Shown: piece by piece, positions 10,199 through 19,944 of the stretch
Layout: each line of letters opens with the position of its first letter
Position numbering within the stretch: the first letter of the stretch is position 1
DNA from: Escherichia coli
Lineage (GTDB): Bacteria > Pseudomonadota > Gammaproteobacteria > Enterobacterales > Enterobacteriaceae
Assembly (NCBI RefSeq): GCF_003790525.1
Contig: NZ_CP033635.1
Length of the DNA stretch: 64,000 nt
Reading direction: 5' to 3' (one strand)
Position numbers and translations under genes: made by a program
Notes under the pieces: generated by a model
Database searches by the model: none
What the model was told of the DNA's origin: nothing
Seen by the model: only the letters and a program-made list of their open reading frames with translations

Positions 10199-10692
10199 AA
10201 AGAAAACTCCAGAAAATTATATTATATTTATTTCTTCTATGCTGCATCTATAATTTATGGACATTGCGTCCTGTACAGATTTTGTATACATACTCTGATG
10301 CTGGCAATTCAGTCTTTCTGGTCGTTGATCATCTGCCATGGACTGACAGCGATAAAATAAATTGGTATCTGAAGCATCAGAATGAAATTAAAAATCAACA
10401 CCCCCTACCAGAAGGTAGTTGGCATACCTGGTATGTTATTGATATCGGTAATGGCTTCACTGACTATAAAAAATATATCGAAGGGCCGTATGAAGATCTC
10501 TACTGTTTCCCGACGATTAAGAGCAATGATAATTGCATCGTAAAAAACTATTTAATGGTTATTAATGAATATCCTTACCGTAATACTCATTTTTTTATTG
10601 CTGATAACAATGAGTATCAACTAACCCAGGAAAATAAGATAGAGCGAGTGTTCAACCCGCATGACTTTGAAAAAGACAATTTTCAGCAATAA
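10195..10692 (+). CDS. Hypothetical small membrane-anchored protein (165 aa), second gene of the AT-rich cassette
   Basis: Start overlaps the upstream stop in ATGA (10195..10198); N-terminus MKRKLQK followed by a ~17-residue hydrophobic segment IILYLFLLCCIYNLWTL, then a hydrophilic domain. Family unknown (tentative recollection: DUF943-like). Confidence 0.7.
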   Translation: MKRKLQKIILYLFLLCCIYNLWTLRPVQILYTYSDAGNSVFLVVDHLPWTDSDKINWYLKHQNEIKNQHPLPEGSWHTWYVIDIGNGFTDYKKYIEGPYEDLYCFPTIKSNDNCIVKNYLMVINEYPYRNTHFFIADNNEYQLTQENKIERVFNPHDFEKDNFQQ

Positions 10693-10720
10693 GCCGGATA
10701 AAGAACAATCTTTACCCGGC
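10693..10720. terminator. Stem-loop between the convergent cassette gene B and corA (possible bidirectional terminator)
   Basis: gccggataaag / aacaat / ctttacccggc, an 11-bp stem with one mismatch, immediately after the gene B stop and just before the corA stop. Confidence 0.45.
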
Positions 10721-10727
10721 ATTTATA

Positions 10728-11678
10728 TTACAACCAGTTCTTCCGCTTAAAGTACAGATACGGTGCCAGGCCCGCGAGGATCATAAAGATAATCGCGCCA
10801 GGGTAGCCGAAGCTCCACTTCAGTTCCGGCATAAACTCAAAGTTCATCCCGTAGCTGGAAGCGACCAGCGTCGGTGGCAGGAACACCACGGATACCACCG
10901 AGAAGATTTTGATGATGCGGTTCTGCTCGATATTGATAAAGCCCATCGCCGCCTGCATCAGGAAGTTCACCTTCTGGAACAGGGATTCGTTATGCGGCAG
11001 CAGGGATTCGATATCTCGCAGGATTTCACGCGCCTGCTCCAGTTGCCCACCCGGTAAGCGTGCTTTACGTACCAGGAAGTTGAGCGCGCGCTGGGTATCC
11101 ATCAGACACAGGCGAACTTTCCAGCCGATATCTTCCAGTTCCGCCAGCGTGGAGAGCGCCTCGTCGTACTCATCGCCCTGATGCCCTTCCATAATTACCC
11201 GGCTCAACTGCTCCAGGTCACTGTAGATATTTTCAATTTCATCCGCCAACTGTTCGATTTTGGTTTCGAACAGATCCAGCAACAGCTCGTAGGCGTTACC
11301 GTCCACCATCGACTGGCTACGGGCACGCATACGATACAGACGAAAAGCGGGCAGTTCACGCTCACGCAGAGTAAACAGACGACCATCACGAATGGTAAAT
11401 GCCACAGTGGAGTTACCGGCGTGATCTTCCGCATCTTCAAAGAAGAAGAAGGAGTGAATATGCAGGCCGTCATCGTCTTCAAAGAAACGTGCCGATGCTT
11501 CGATGTCTTCCAGTTCCGGGCGGGTTGCCAGGCTCTGGCCAAGTTCAGATTGTACGCGCAGTCGCTCGTCGTCGTCCGGTTCGACAAGATCAATCCATAC
11601 TGCATTTACAAGGGGTTGTGACTCTTCGACTTCCAGCCGGGTCAGTCGGTTATTTTCCAGTTGAAATGCGCTCAGCAT
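10728..11678 (-). CDS. corA: Magnesium/cobalt transporter CorA
   Basis: ORF 10728..11693 trimmed to [15 protein letters not shown] (316 aa); GMNF motif and C-terminal TM helices present. Confidence 0.93.
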   Translation of the reverse strand: MLSAFQLENNRLTRLEVEESQPLVNAVWIDLVEPDDDERLRVQSELGQSLATRPELEDIEASARFFEDDDGLHIHSFFFFEDAEDHAGNSTVAFTIRDGRLFTLRERELPAFRLYRMRARSQSMVDGNAYELLLDLFETKIEQLADEIENIYSDLEQLSRVIMEGHQGDEYDEALSTLAELEDIGWKVRLCLMDTQRALNFLVRKARLPGGQLEQAREILRDIESLLPHNESLFQKVNFLMQAAMGFINIEQNRIIKIFSVVSVVFLPPTLVASSYGMNFEFMPELKWSFGYPGAIIFMILAGLAPYLYFKRKNWL

Positions 11679-12047
11679 GACCGGGACTCCCAATGCTTAA
11701 AATATCGGACAGTTCGGTGGGCACACAGAAACAAATTGGGTTTCAGACCATTAAACAGCCTGACTCAGCGCGACGGGAAAAATTGAGGTCGCTGACAACC
11801 GCTAAGGCTATCAGCAAAAAGGGATAGCCTTAGGAGTTGATCCTGGATGACAGGATAGTGAGCCAGTATCTACTGGGTGTGTCCAAGGCGAATGTCCTCT
11901 TAGAGTGATCGTGCGCGCATGTTACGCCAGCAAAATTTTGCCGTCAACACGCAACAGAACACCACAGAACAATAGTTGAACTTCGCGCTTTTTGGTACTC
12001 GTCAAGGTCGCTAACAGGATAAAAAAATCCCACATCCAGGACCTATA

Positions 12048-12812
12048 ATGGCGCATCGGCTACTCATTGGTAAAGGAATGATCACCTTGAATCTCAAACG
12101 GATTTTTCTCACCTTCACCTTACTTCCCTTGTTTGCTGTTGCCGCTGATGATTGCGCACTCTCAGATCCGACGCTGACCGTACAGGCGTATACCGTTAAT
12201 CCTCAAACAGAGCGGGTGAAAATGTACTGGCAAAAAGCCAATGGCGAAGCGTGGGGAACGTTACATGCTCTGCTGGCGGATATGAATAGTCAGGGTCAGG
12301 TGCAGATGGCGATGAACGGCGGCATCTATGATGAAAGCTATGCGCCGCTCGGTTTGTACATCGAAAACGGTCAGCAGAAGGTGGCGTTAAATCTCGCTTC
12401 AGGTGAAGGGAATTTCTTTATTCGTCCTGGCGGCGTGTTTTATGTCGCGGGAGATAAAGTCGGCATCGTTCGTCTGGATGCCTTTAAAACCAGTAAAGAG
12501 ATTCAGTTTGCAGTGCAGTCAGGGCCAATGTTATTAGAAAACGGCGTAATTAATCCACGCATTCACCCGAATGTTGCCTCGCGTAAAATTCGTAACGGTG
12601 TAGGGATTAATAAACAAGGGAACGCCGTGTTTTTGTTGAGCCAGCAGGCGACAAATTTTTATGATTTTGCCTGCTATGCCAAAGCGAAACTGAACGTTGA
12701 GCAGCTGCTTTATCTTGATGGCACAATTTCACATATGTATATGAAAGGCTGGGCAATCCCGTGGCAACACTATCCTTTTGTTACCATGATTTCCGTCGAG
12801 TGGAAAGGTTAA
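12048..12812 (+). CDS. yigE: DUF2233-family exported protein YigE
   Basis: 254-aa ORF with a signal-peptide-like N-terminus; AGGA about 7 nt upstream of the ATG; divergent from corA. Confidence 0.8.
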   Translation: MAHRLLIGKGMITLNLKRIFLTFTLLPLFAVAADDCALSDPTLTVQAYTVNPQTERVKMYWQKANGEAWGTLHALLADMNSQGQVQMAMNGGIYDESYAPLGLYIENGQQKVALNLASGEGNFFIRPGGVFYVAGDKVGIVRLDAFKTSKEIQFAVQSGPMLLENGVINPRIHPNVASRKIRNGVGINKQGNAVFLLSQQATNFYDFACYAKAKLNVEQLLYLDGTISHMYMKGWAIPWQHYPFVTMISVEWKG

Positions 12813-12894
12813 GCATTGTACACTCGAGGAGGCCAGACAAACTGGGACTGGCTACACAGCTGGAAAATCATCAGATAAATGAAGGGAAACAAAA

Positions 12895-13797
12895 ATGAAA
12901 AAAAGGCTCGCAACGTTATTTTTATTAACGTGTCTGGGATCATCATCCGCCTATGCGGATAACGCTTTGATTTTACAAACTGATTTTAGCCTGAAAGATG
13001 GTGCCGTCTCGGCGATGAAAGGGGTCGCATTCGGCGTTGACCATAATCTTAAAATCTTTGATTTAACACACGAAATTCCACCGTATAACATCTGGGAAGG
13101 CGCTTATCGCCTGTATCAGACTGCCAGTTACTGGCCGCAAGGTTCGGTGTTTGTTAGCGTGGTCGATCCGGGCGTAGGCACTGACCGTAAATCGGTAGTG
13201 CTGAAAACCAAAAACGGTCAATACTTCGTTTCACCAGATAACGGTACGCTCACTTTGGTGGCACAAACTCTGGGTATTGATAGCGTCCGAGAAATCGACG
13301 AAAAAGCTAACCGCCTGAAAGGTTCTGAAAAGTCATATACCTTCCACGGTCGTGACGTGTATGCCTACACCGGTGCGCGTCTGGCTTCCGGGGCGATTAC
13401 GTTCGAACAGGTGGGGCCAGAGCTTCCTGCAAAAGTTGTCGAACTTTCTTATCAGAAAGCAAAAGCAACAAAAGGTGAAGTGAAGGGCAATATCCCGATT
13501 CTCGATATTCAGTACGGCAACGTCTGGAGCAATATCAGCGACGAGTTGCTGAATCAGGCAGGAATCAAACTCAACGACACGTTGTGTGTGACCATTTCCG
13601 AAGGTTCCCAGCAAAAATACGCAGGGAAAATGCCATATGTCGCAAGCTTCGGCGATGTGCCGGAAGGCCAGCCGATGGTGTATCTGAACAGCTTATTGAA
13701 TGTTTCCGTGGCGCTGAATATGGATAATTTTGCGCAGAAACATCAGGTTGCGTCTGGTGCTGACTGGAATATTGATGTGAAGAAGTGCGCTAAGTAA
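12895..13797 (+). CDS. SAM hydroxide adenosyltransferase (DUF62; fluorinase/chlorinase/SAM-hydrolase) family protein with N-terminal signal peptide
   Basis: 300-aa ORF with signal peptide MKKRLATLFLLTCLGSSSAYA and family-type motifs LILQTDFSLKDGAVSAMKGV, VFVSVVDPGVGT, YFVSPDNGTLT and DIQYGNVWSNI. Confidence 0.8.
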   Translation: MKKRLATLFLLTCLGSSSAYADNALILQTDFSLKDGAVSAMKGVAFGVDHNLKIFDLTHEIPPYNIWEGAYRLYQTASYWPQGSVFVSVVDPGVGTDRKSVVLKTKNGQYFVSPDNGTLTLVAQTLGIDSVREIDEKANRLKGSEKSYTFHGRDVYAYTGARLASGAITFEQVGPELPAKVVELSYQKAKATKGEVKGNIPILDIQYGNVWSNISDELLNQAGIKLNDTLCVTISEGSQQKYAGKMPYVASFGDVPEGQPMVYLNSLLNVSVALNMDNFAQKHQVASGADWNIDVKKCAK

Positions 13798-13805
13798 GGT
13801 GCTGA

Positions 13806-13838
13806 TGCCGAATGCGGTGTGGCGCACCGCATCCTGCA
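13806..13838. repeat. REP-like palindrome between the convergent DUF62 gene and uvrD
   Basis: tgccgaatgcggtgtggcgcaccgcatcctgca, an imperfect inverted repeat of REP type. Confidence 0.4.
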
Positions 13839-13851
13839 ACGGAGTTGTAAA

Positions 13852-16014
13852 TTACACCGTCTCCAGTCGGGCATAAGCCGCCACCAGCCATTTAATACCC
13901 TGGCCCTGGAATGCCACCTGCAAACGGCTATGCTCGCCGCTGCCTTCCATATTGACGATGGTGCCTTCACCAAACTTAGCGTGGCGTACGCGCTGGCCGA
14001 GCTTGTAGCCGCTGTCGTTCTCGACCATCGGCGTACCCATCCGTTGATGGCTGACCGGGCGGCTTACCGTAGCGCGCAGGCGCACCTCTTCCACACACTC
14101 TTCCGGCAACTCACCGATAAAGCGCGACGGGCGATGGTAAACCTCTTTGCCATACAGACGGCGAGTTTCCGCGTAGGTCAGCGTCAGTTTCTGCATCGCG
14201 CGGGTTACGCCAACGTAGGCCAGACGGCGTTCTTCTTCCAGACGTCCGCCTTCATCCAGCGACATCTGGCTTGGGAACATGCCCTCTTCCATACCAACGA
14301 TAAACACCTGCGGGAACTCCAGGCCTTTCGCCGAGTGTAGCGTCATCAACTGCACCGCGTCCTGCCAGGTATCCGCCTGCCCCTCGCCCGCTTCCAGCGC
14401 CGCATGGGAGAGGAATGCCTGCAGCGGCATTAAATCTTCGTCTTCTTCGTTGTAGCTGAACTGGCGCGTTGCCGTCACCAGTTCCTCCAGGTTTTCGATA
14501 CGCGTCTGACCTTTTTCGCCCTTCTCCTGCTCGTACATGGTGCGCAAGCCGGAGTCTTTAATTACCCGGTCAGTCTGTACATGCAGCGGCATATCGGCAG
14601 TTTCCTGCGCTAAGGCGTCGATCAGCTCCATAAACCGCTGTAAGGCACTGGCAGCACGTCCGGCGAGGGCTTTTTCCTGCAACAGTTCACGACATGCCTG
14701 CCAGAGTGTTAACTGGCGATCACGCGATGTCTGACGTACCACGTCCAGCGTCCGGTCACCAATACCCCGCGTTGGTGTATTCACCACGCGCTCAAAGGCC
14801 GCGTCGTCATTACGGTTGGCAATCAGGCGCAGATACGAGAGCGCATCTTTGATTTCCTGGCGTTCGAAGAATCGCATCCCGCCGTAAATACGGTACGGCA
14901 TACTTGCCTGTAACAGTGCTTCTTCCAGCACACGCGACTGGGCGTTGCTGCGGTAGAGAATGGCGCACTCGGCAAGCGCCCCGCCGTTGTCCTGCCAGGT
15001 TTTGATACGGTTAACCACAAAACGCGCTTCATCGAGTTCGTTAAAAGCGCAATAGAGGGAAATAGGCTCACCATCCGCGCCATCGGTCCACAGTTTTTTA
15101 CCCAAACGCCCGTTGTTGTTTTCAATCAGGGCGTTCGCGGCGCTCAGAATATTGCTGGTAGAGCGGTAGTTCTGCTCCAGACGGATAGTTTCAGCACCGG
15201 GGAAATCATTGAGGAAACGCTGAATATTCTCCACCTGCGCTCCGCGCCAGCCGTAGATTGACTGATCGTCATCGCCAACGATCATCACTTTGCCGGTATC
15301 GCCCGCCAGCAGGCGGATCCACGCATACTGAATGTTGTTGGTATCCTGGAATTCGTCCACCAGGATATTGGTAAACCGTTCGCGATAGTGCTGAAGGATA
15401 TGCGGCTTGTTAAGCCACAACTCGTGAGCACGTAGCAGCAGCTCGGCGAAGTCCACCAGCCCCGCGCGGTCACACGCTTCCTGATACGCCTGATACACCT
15501 TCTGCCAGGTCTGCTCCACCGGATTACCGTAGCTTTGAATATGATGTGGACGCAGGCCTTCATCTTTCTGGCTGTTGATGTACCACATTGCCTGGCGCGG
15601 CGGCCACTGCTTCTCGTCGAGGTTCATCGCCTTGATTAGGCGTTTGAGCAGGCGTAGCTGGTCCTCGCTGTCGAGGATCTGAAAATCCTGCGGCAGATTG
15701 GCGTCCATATGGTGCGCACGCAGCAGACGGTGCGCCAGCCCGTGGAAGGTGCCGACCCACATGCCGCCCTGGCTGGTGCCCATCAGCTGCCCGATACGAT
15801 GACGCATCTCCGCCGCCGCTTTGTTGGTAAACGTTACCGCCATAATCGAGTATGGCGAGCAGTTTTCCACGCTCATCAGCCAGGCGATACGATGCACCAG
15901 TACGCGCGTCTTACCACTGCCCGCGCCCGCCAGCACCAGAAGGTTGCTGCGTGGCGCGGCCACCGCTTCGCGCTGTTTGTCATTAAGGCTGTCGAGCAGG
16001 TAAGAAACGTCCAT
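13852..16014 (-). CDS. uvrD: DNA helicase II UvrD
   Basis: ORF 13852..16200 trimmed to MDVSYLLDSLNDKQREAVAAP (720 aa); Walker [10 protein letters not shown]. Confidence 0.93.
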   Translation of the reverse strand: MDVSYLLDSLNDKQREAVAAPRSNLLVLAGAGSGKTRVLVHRIAWLMSVENCSPYSIMAVTFTNKAAAEMRHRIGQLMGTSQGGMWVGTFHGLAHRLLRAHHMDANLPQDFQILDSEDQLRLLKRLIKAMNLDEKQWPPRQAMWYINSQKDEGLRPHHIQSYGNPVEQTWQKVYQAYQEACDRAGLVDFAELLLRAHELWLNKPHILQHYRERFTNILVDEFQDTNNIQYAWIRLLAGDTGKVMIVGDDDQSIYGWRGAQVENIQRFLNDFPGAETIRLEQNYRSTSNILSAANALIENNNGRLGKKLWTDGADGEPISLYCAFNELDEARFVVNRIKTWQDNGGALAECAILYRSNAQSRVLEEALLQASMPYRIYGGMRFFERQEIKDALSYLRLIANRNDDAAFERVVNTPTRGIGDRTLDVVRQTSRDRQLTLWQACRELLQEKALAGRAASALQRFMELIDALAQETADMPLHVQTDRVIKDSGLRTMYEQEKGEKGQTRIENLEELVTATRQFSYNEEDEDLMPLQAFLSHAALEAGEGQADTWQDAVQLMTLHSAKGLEFPQVFIVGMEEGMFPSQMSLDEGGRLEEERRLAYVGVTRAMQKLTLTYAETRRLYGKEVYHRPSRFIGELPEECVEEVRLRATVSRPVSHQRMGTPMVENDSGYKLGQRVRHAKFGEGTIVNMEGSGEHSRLQVAFQGQGIKWLVAAYARLETV

Positions 16015-16072
16015 TGGCACCGCCGCGTAAAAATAGGTTGGGCGGAGAAGCGCAACGCCCTCCGCCAAAAAG

Positions 16073-16088
16073 CTGGGTATATATACAG
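16073..16088 (-). promoter_or_regulatory. LexA (SOS) box in the uvrD promoter
   Basis: Minus strand reads CTGTATATATACCCAG, fitting CTGT-N8-ACAG, about 60 nt upstream of the uvrD start. Confidence 0.7.
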
Positions 16089-16097
16089 ATTTGCTGA

Positions 16098-16814
16098 TTA
16101 TATCAGCGAGGTCAGAGATGCCAACCGGGAAATTTCCAGATGCGGGAGTAAACGGCTGTCCCAGGTTTGCATCAGATCGCCATTTTCCGGTCTGATCCAA
16201 CAGGCCTGCATTCCGCTGCGAATTGCCCCACCCACGTCAGTGGTGAGATCGTCCCCGACATGTAAGATCTCGCCGATCGGCACGTTGAGTTTTTCCGCCG
16301 CCAGGAAGTACATATCGCTGAACGGTTTTGAGCGCCCGTGCGGGCCAGCGCGCAACACAAACTCAAAATAATCCCCTAAACCAAACAGCTCCGGCTGGGC
16401 GTTACCGTTGGTGATCGCCACCAGCGGCCATTTCTTCGCCAGCTGTTTTAAGGTGTCGTGGGTTTGCTGCGGGACATCGATTCGGCTGCGCCATTTGGCA
16501 AAGTTGATCATTGCTGCGTGTGCGCCTGCACTGGCTTCTTCGGCACTCAGCCCGGCGTCGAGCATGGCTTGTTCAATCGAACGAAAACGCCAGCGCGTCA
16601 CGTCGTGATAAATCTCGGGTTCCGCTTCCCGTACCGCCTGGCGCAGGCGTTGCAGATCTTCATTCTGGAAGCTGCGCAGCGCCGGATGATAATTTTGCAC
16701 AAAGGTAAGCGCCTCTCGCTCGGTGCGCAAAATCACCGGACGGTTATCGTAAAGGGTATCATCCAGGTCAAAGGTGAGCGCCGAGATGCGCCCCAAAGGC
16801 CGGTAAAAACGCAT
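16098..16814 (-). CDS. yigB: HAD-family phosphatase YigB (5-amino-6-(5-phospho-D-ribitylamino)uracil phosphatase)
   Basis: 238-aa ORF with HAD motif FDLDDTLYD; start overlaps the xerC stop (TAATG). Confidence 0.88.
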
Positions 16815-17710
16815 TATTTCCCCCGTTTGGCGCGTGGATGCGCCGCATCGTACACCGAGGCAAGGTGTTGAAAATCAAGATGAGTATAGATTTGCGTGGT
16901 GGAGAGGTTGGCATGACCCAGCAGCTCCTGCACACCACGAAGATCGCCGCTCGACTCCAGCATATGCGTAGCGAACGAGTGACGTAATTTATGCGGGTGA
17001 ACGTGATTATTCAGCCCCTGTTTTATTCCCCATTCGGCAAAGCGTTTTTGCACATTACGCGCGGAGATACGCTTGCCCAGTTTCGACAGGAAAAGCGCGT
17101 CGTCTTCGCTGCCAAACAGGTCGCGCAAATCAAGCCAGTGCTCAATCCACGCCACGGCGTTACGACCAATCGGCAGGCGGCGCTCTTTGCTGCCTTTCCC
17201 CATCACCCACACTTCGCCGGACTCCAGGTCGAGGTGTTTGATATCGAGCCCCACCAGTTCGGAAAGACGCAGCCCCGCGCCGTACATCACTTCCAGCATT
17301 GCCCGATCGCGCACGGCGAGGGGATCGTTGATATCAATATCCAGCAGCCGATTCATATCATCGACGTCGATGTTTTTCGGCAGATGACGCGGCGCTTTCG
17401 GTGCCGACACACCTTTCGCCGGGTTGGCTTTGAGTTCGTTCTGGCTGACCAGCCAGTCAAAAAAGCTACGTAGCGCAGAAAGCCGTAACGCCAGACTTGC
17501 AGCTCCCAGCCCTTTACGGCGGCTGCGTACAGCGAAATTGCGCACCATCGTCACATCACATTGCTGCCAGCTTTGCAGGCCGTTTTCACTGGCAAAATTG
17601 ATGATCGCCTCAAGCTGACGCTGATAGTTAAGTAGGGTTATCGGGCTAAGCTGACGCTCCACGCTCAGATAACGTAGGTAGCGTTCTACATCGGTGTGTA
17701 AATCGGTCAT
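16814..17710 (-). CDS. xerC: Tyrosine recombinase XerC (chromosome dimer resolution)
   Basis: 298-aa ORF with tyrosine-recombinase C-terminal motifs ([12 protein letters not shown] ... [14 protein letters not shown]); core synteny dapF-yigA-xerC-yigB. Confidence 0.93.
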
Positions 17711-18414
17711 ACGCGTTCAATCCAACGCTCCAGAAGCTCCGGCAACATCAGCGCAATTTCATGAAGTAACTGCGTTCCCTGCCCTTGTTGATAGTGACTG
17801 GCATCGCGACTGGTAAACAGCACGACACCCAAATCAGCATCGCTTCCCAGCATCGACATCGCCACCGATCCCACCGCTTTCGCTTCCGGTAGCACCACCA
17901 GAAGCTCCGGTCCGTTAAGTGGCCCCAGATAGTGCTGTTCCTGCCCCAGACGCTGAATACGCAGCGGTTCGAAAGACTGACGGCTTAATGCCAGATGAGT
18001 GTGGTTCGACGGCGCACCTAAACGCCAGCGATCCGGGAACAGGCGTAGGCTCGCACCCGCCAGGCCGAGATCGCGCGCCCAGCGGTGAAAGCGCATCAGC
18101 ATATCATCGAGACTGCTGGCGGCGGTGAGACTGCGCTGCAGGTAGAGTAGACGATAAAACAGGCCTTCGTTGGCAATAGCCTGTTCCATCAACAACGCCA
18201 TGTTCTCTTCCAGAACATGAATGTGATTACGTGCGCGGGCCATGTGCCATTCGACCAACGAAACGGTGCCGCGTACCGGATGCGGCACACGTATCGCTTC
18301 AACTGCGCGCGCATTGCGGATAAAAAACTCAGGATTTTTAATCAGATAATCGACAACCGCCCGGTCATCAAGCTCCGTGAGTGTTTCCTGCAGTTCTTCC
18401 CCTGGTTGCTTCAT
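17707..18414 (-). CDS. yigA: DUF484-family protein YigA
   Basis: 235-aa ORF; 4-nt overlaps with dapF upstream and xerC downstream. Confidence 0.85.
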
Positions 18415-19235
18415 AGATGAATAAATCCGTCGTAGACATGTACCGCCGGGCCAGTCATATATAACGGGTGACCCGGACCTTTCCAGGCGATATCAAGACG
18501 ACCGCCGGGGAGTTCCACGCGTACTTCTTCGGCCAGCAAACCTTGCTGAATCCCTACCGCCACCGCCGCACATGCGCCGCTGCCGCAGGCCTGGGTTTCT
18601 CCTGCCCCACGCTCATAAACGCGTAAACGAATATGCTCGCGCTTAACCACTTGCATAAAACCGATATTGGCGCGCTCCGGGAAACGTTCGTGGCTTTCCA
18701 GAACAGGACCAAGCGTTTCTACCGCCGCGGTATCGACATCATCGACCTGAATCACGCAATGCGGATTTCCCATCGACACCACGCCGCATAAGATTGTCTG
18801 CTCGGCGGCGCGCATAATATAGGTCTTTTCCGCTTTGTTAGCGCGAAACGGCACGGCAGAAGGTTCGAAGTTGGGTTCGCCCATATTTACGCGGACCAGA
18901 TCATCATCGGTGACGGTAAGAACCATCCGCCCGTTGGCGGTGCTGACGCGGATATCGCGCTTATTGGTCAGCCCTTTCAGACGCACAAAACGGGCAAAGC
19001 AGCGTGCTCCGTTGCCGCACTGCGCCACTTCACTGCCATCAGCATTGAAAATGCGATAGTGAAAATCCAGTTCAGGATCATACGGCGGCTCAACCACCAG
19101 CAGTTGGTCAAACCCTACCCCCAGGTGCCGATCAGCCAGGCGACGAATCAGCTCCGGTGAAAAAAAGACATTCTGCGTTACCGCGTCGACGACCATAAAA
19201 TCGTTGCCAAGGCCATGCATTTTCGAGAACTGCAT
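18411..19235 (-). CDS. dapF: Diaminopimelate epimerase
   Basis: ORF trimmed to [17 protein letters not shown] (274 aa); catalytic Cys motifs GNGARC and GSGACA. Confidence 0.92.
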
Positions 19236-19271
19236 CATTTACTCCAATCACGCGGGTACAGAAACTGACTT

Positions 19272-19475
19272 TTAGTAATTCACCTGGGATGGACCATCGC
19301 CAGTGGCGCGGTCGTTTTTATCCGGCACCGTGGATTGCGTTTGCGTCTCTACCGGTTTGGTCGGTGGCGGTGCGTTTTTATCTGCAGGCGGGAAATAGAG
19401 CGGACCTTTCAGACCGCAGCCCGTCAGGCTGAAGAGAGTAAGTAATACAGTGAGTGCCTTAAACACGTTTTTCAT
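19272..19475 (-). CDS. yifL: Small lipoprotein YifL (LptM)
   Basis: 67-aa ORF with lipobox LTGC after the signal sequence MKNVFKALTVLLTLFSLTGC. Confidence 0.85.
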   Translation of the reverse strand: MKNVFKALTVLLTLFSLTGCGLKGPLYFPPADKNAPPPTKPVETQTQSTVPDKNDRATGDGPSQVNY

Positions 19476-19944
19476 TATGGATTGCCTGTAAAGTTCATCG
19501 CTTTCTGCTTTCTATCATCGCAGGAGAAGACGTAAAAGCAAGCGTTTAGCGACTCTTTATGAAGTCTGAAAAGTGAGGAAATGCTGCGAGTATAACGCTT
19601 ACACGTGGCGATTTATGTTTTGCTGGCAGTTTCGTGATCGGCACCTCGCGCCAGGATGGCTTTATGCACTATCGCAACGTGGTTTGTTTGTTGTCTTGTT
19701 CGTTGTTCTTATCGTCGGCATGGGGATGTCGGCTTTCCGCGCCTGAACATAATATTTACCAGAAACAGGGAAAAGGCGTGGTGTACCTGCGTCCTTATGA
19801 AAAGACCAATCTTTCGCTATATAGAGATATTATTATTCCGTTGACGGATGAATCATGCCGTAACGCAGCCGCAGACGGGCAAACTTTGAAGCCCTGACCC
19901 CATACCGCTATACTGCCGCCATCACTTAAAAACAGGATACAACA

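Noticed and set aside
16814-17710. Tyrosine recombinase as a possible mobile-element integrase
   Set aside because: It is XerC in its conserved dapF-yigA-xerC-yigB operon context (chromosome dimer resolution), not a phage or ICE integrase.
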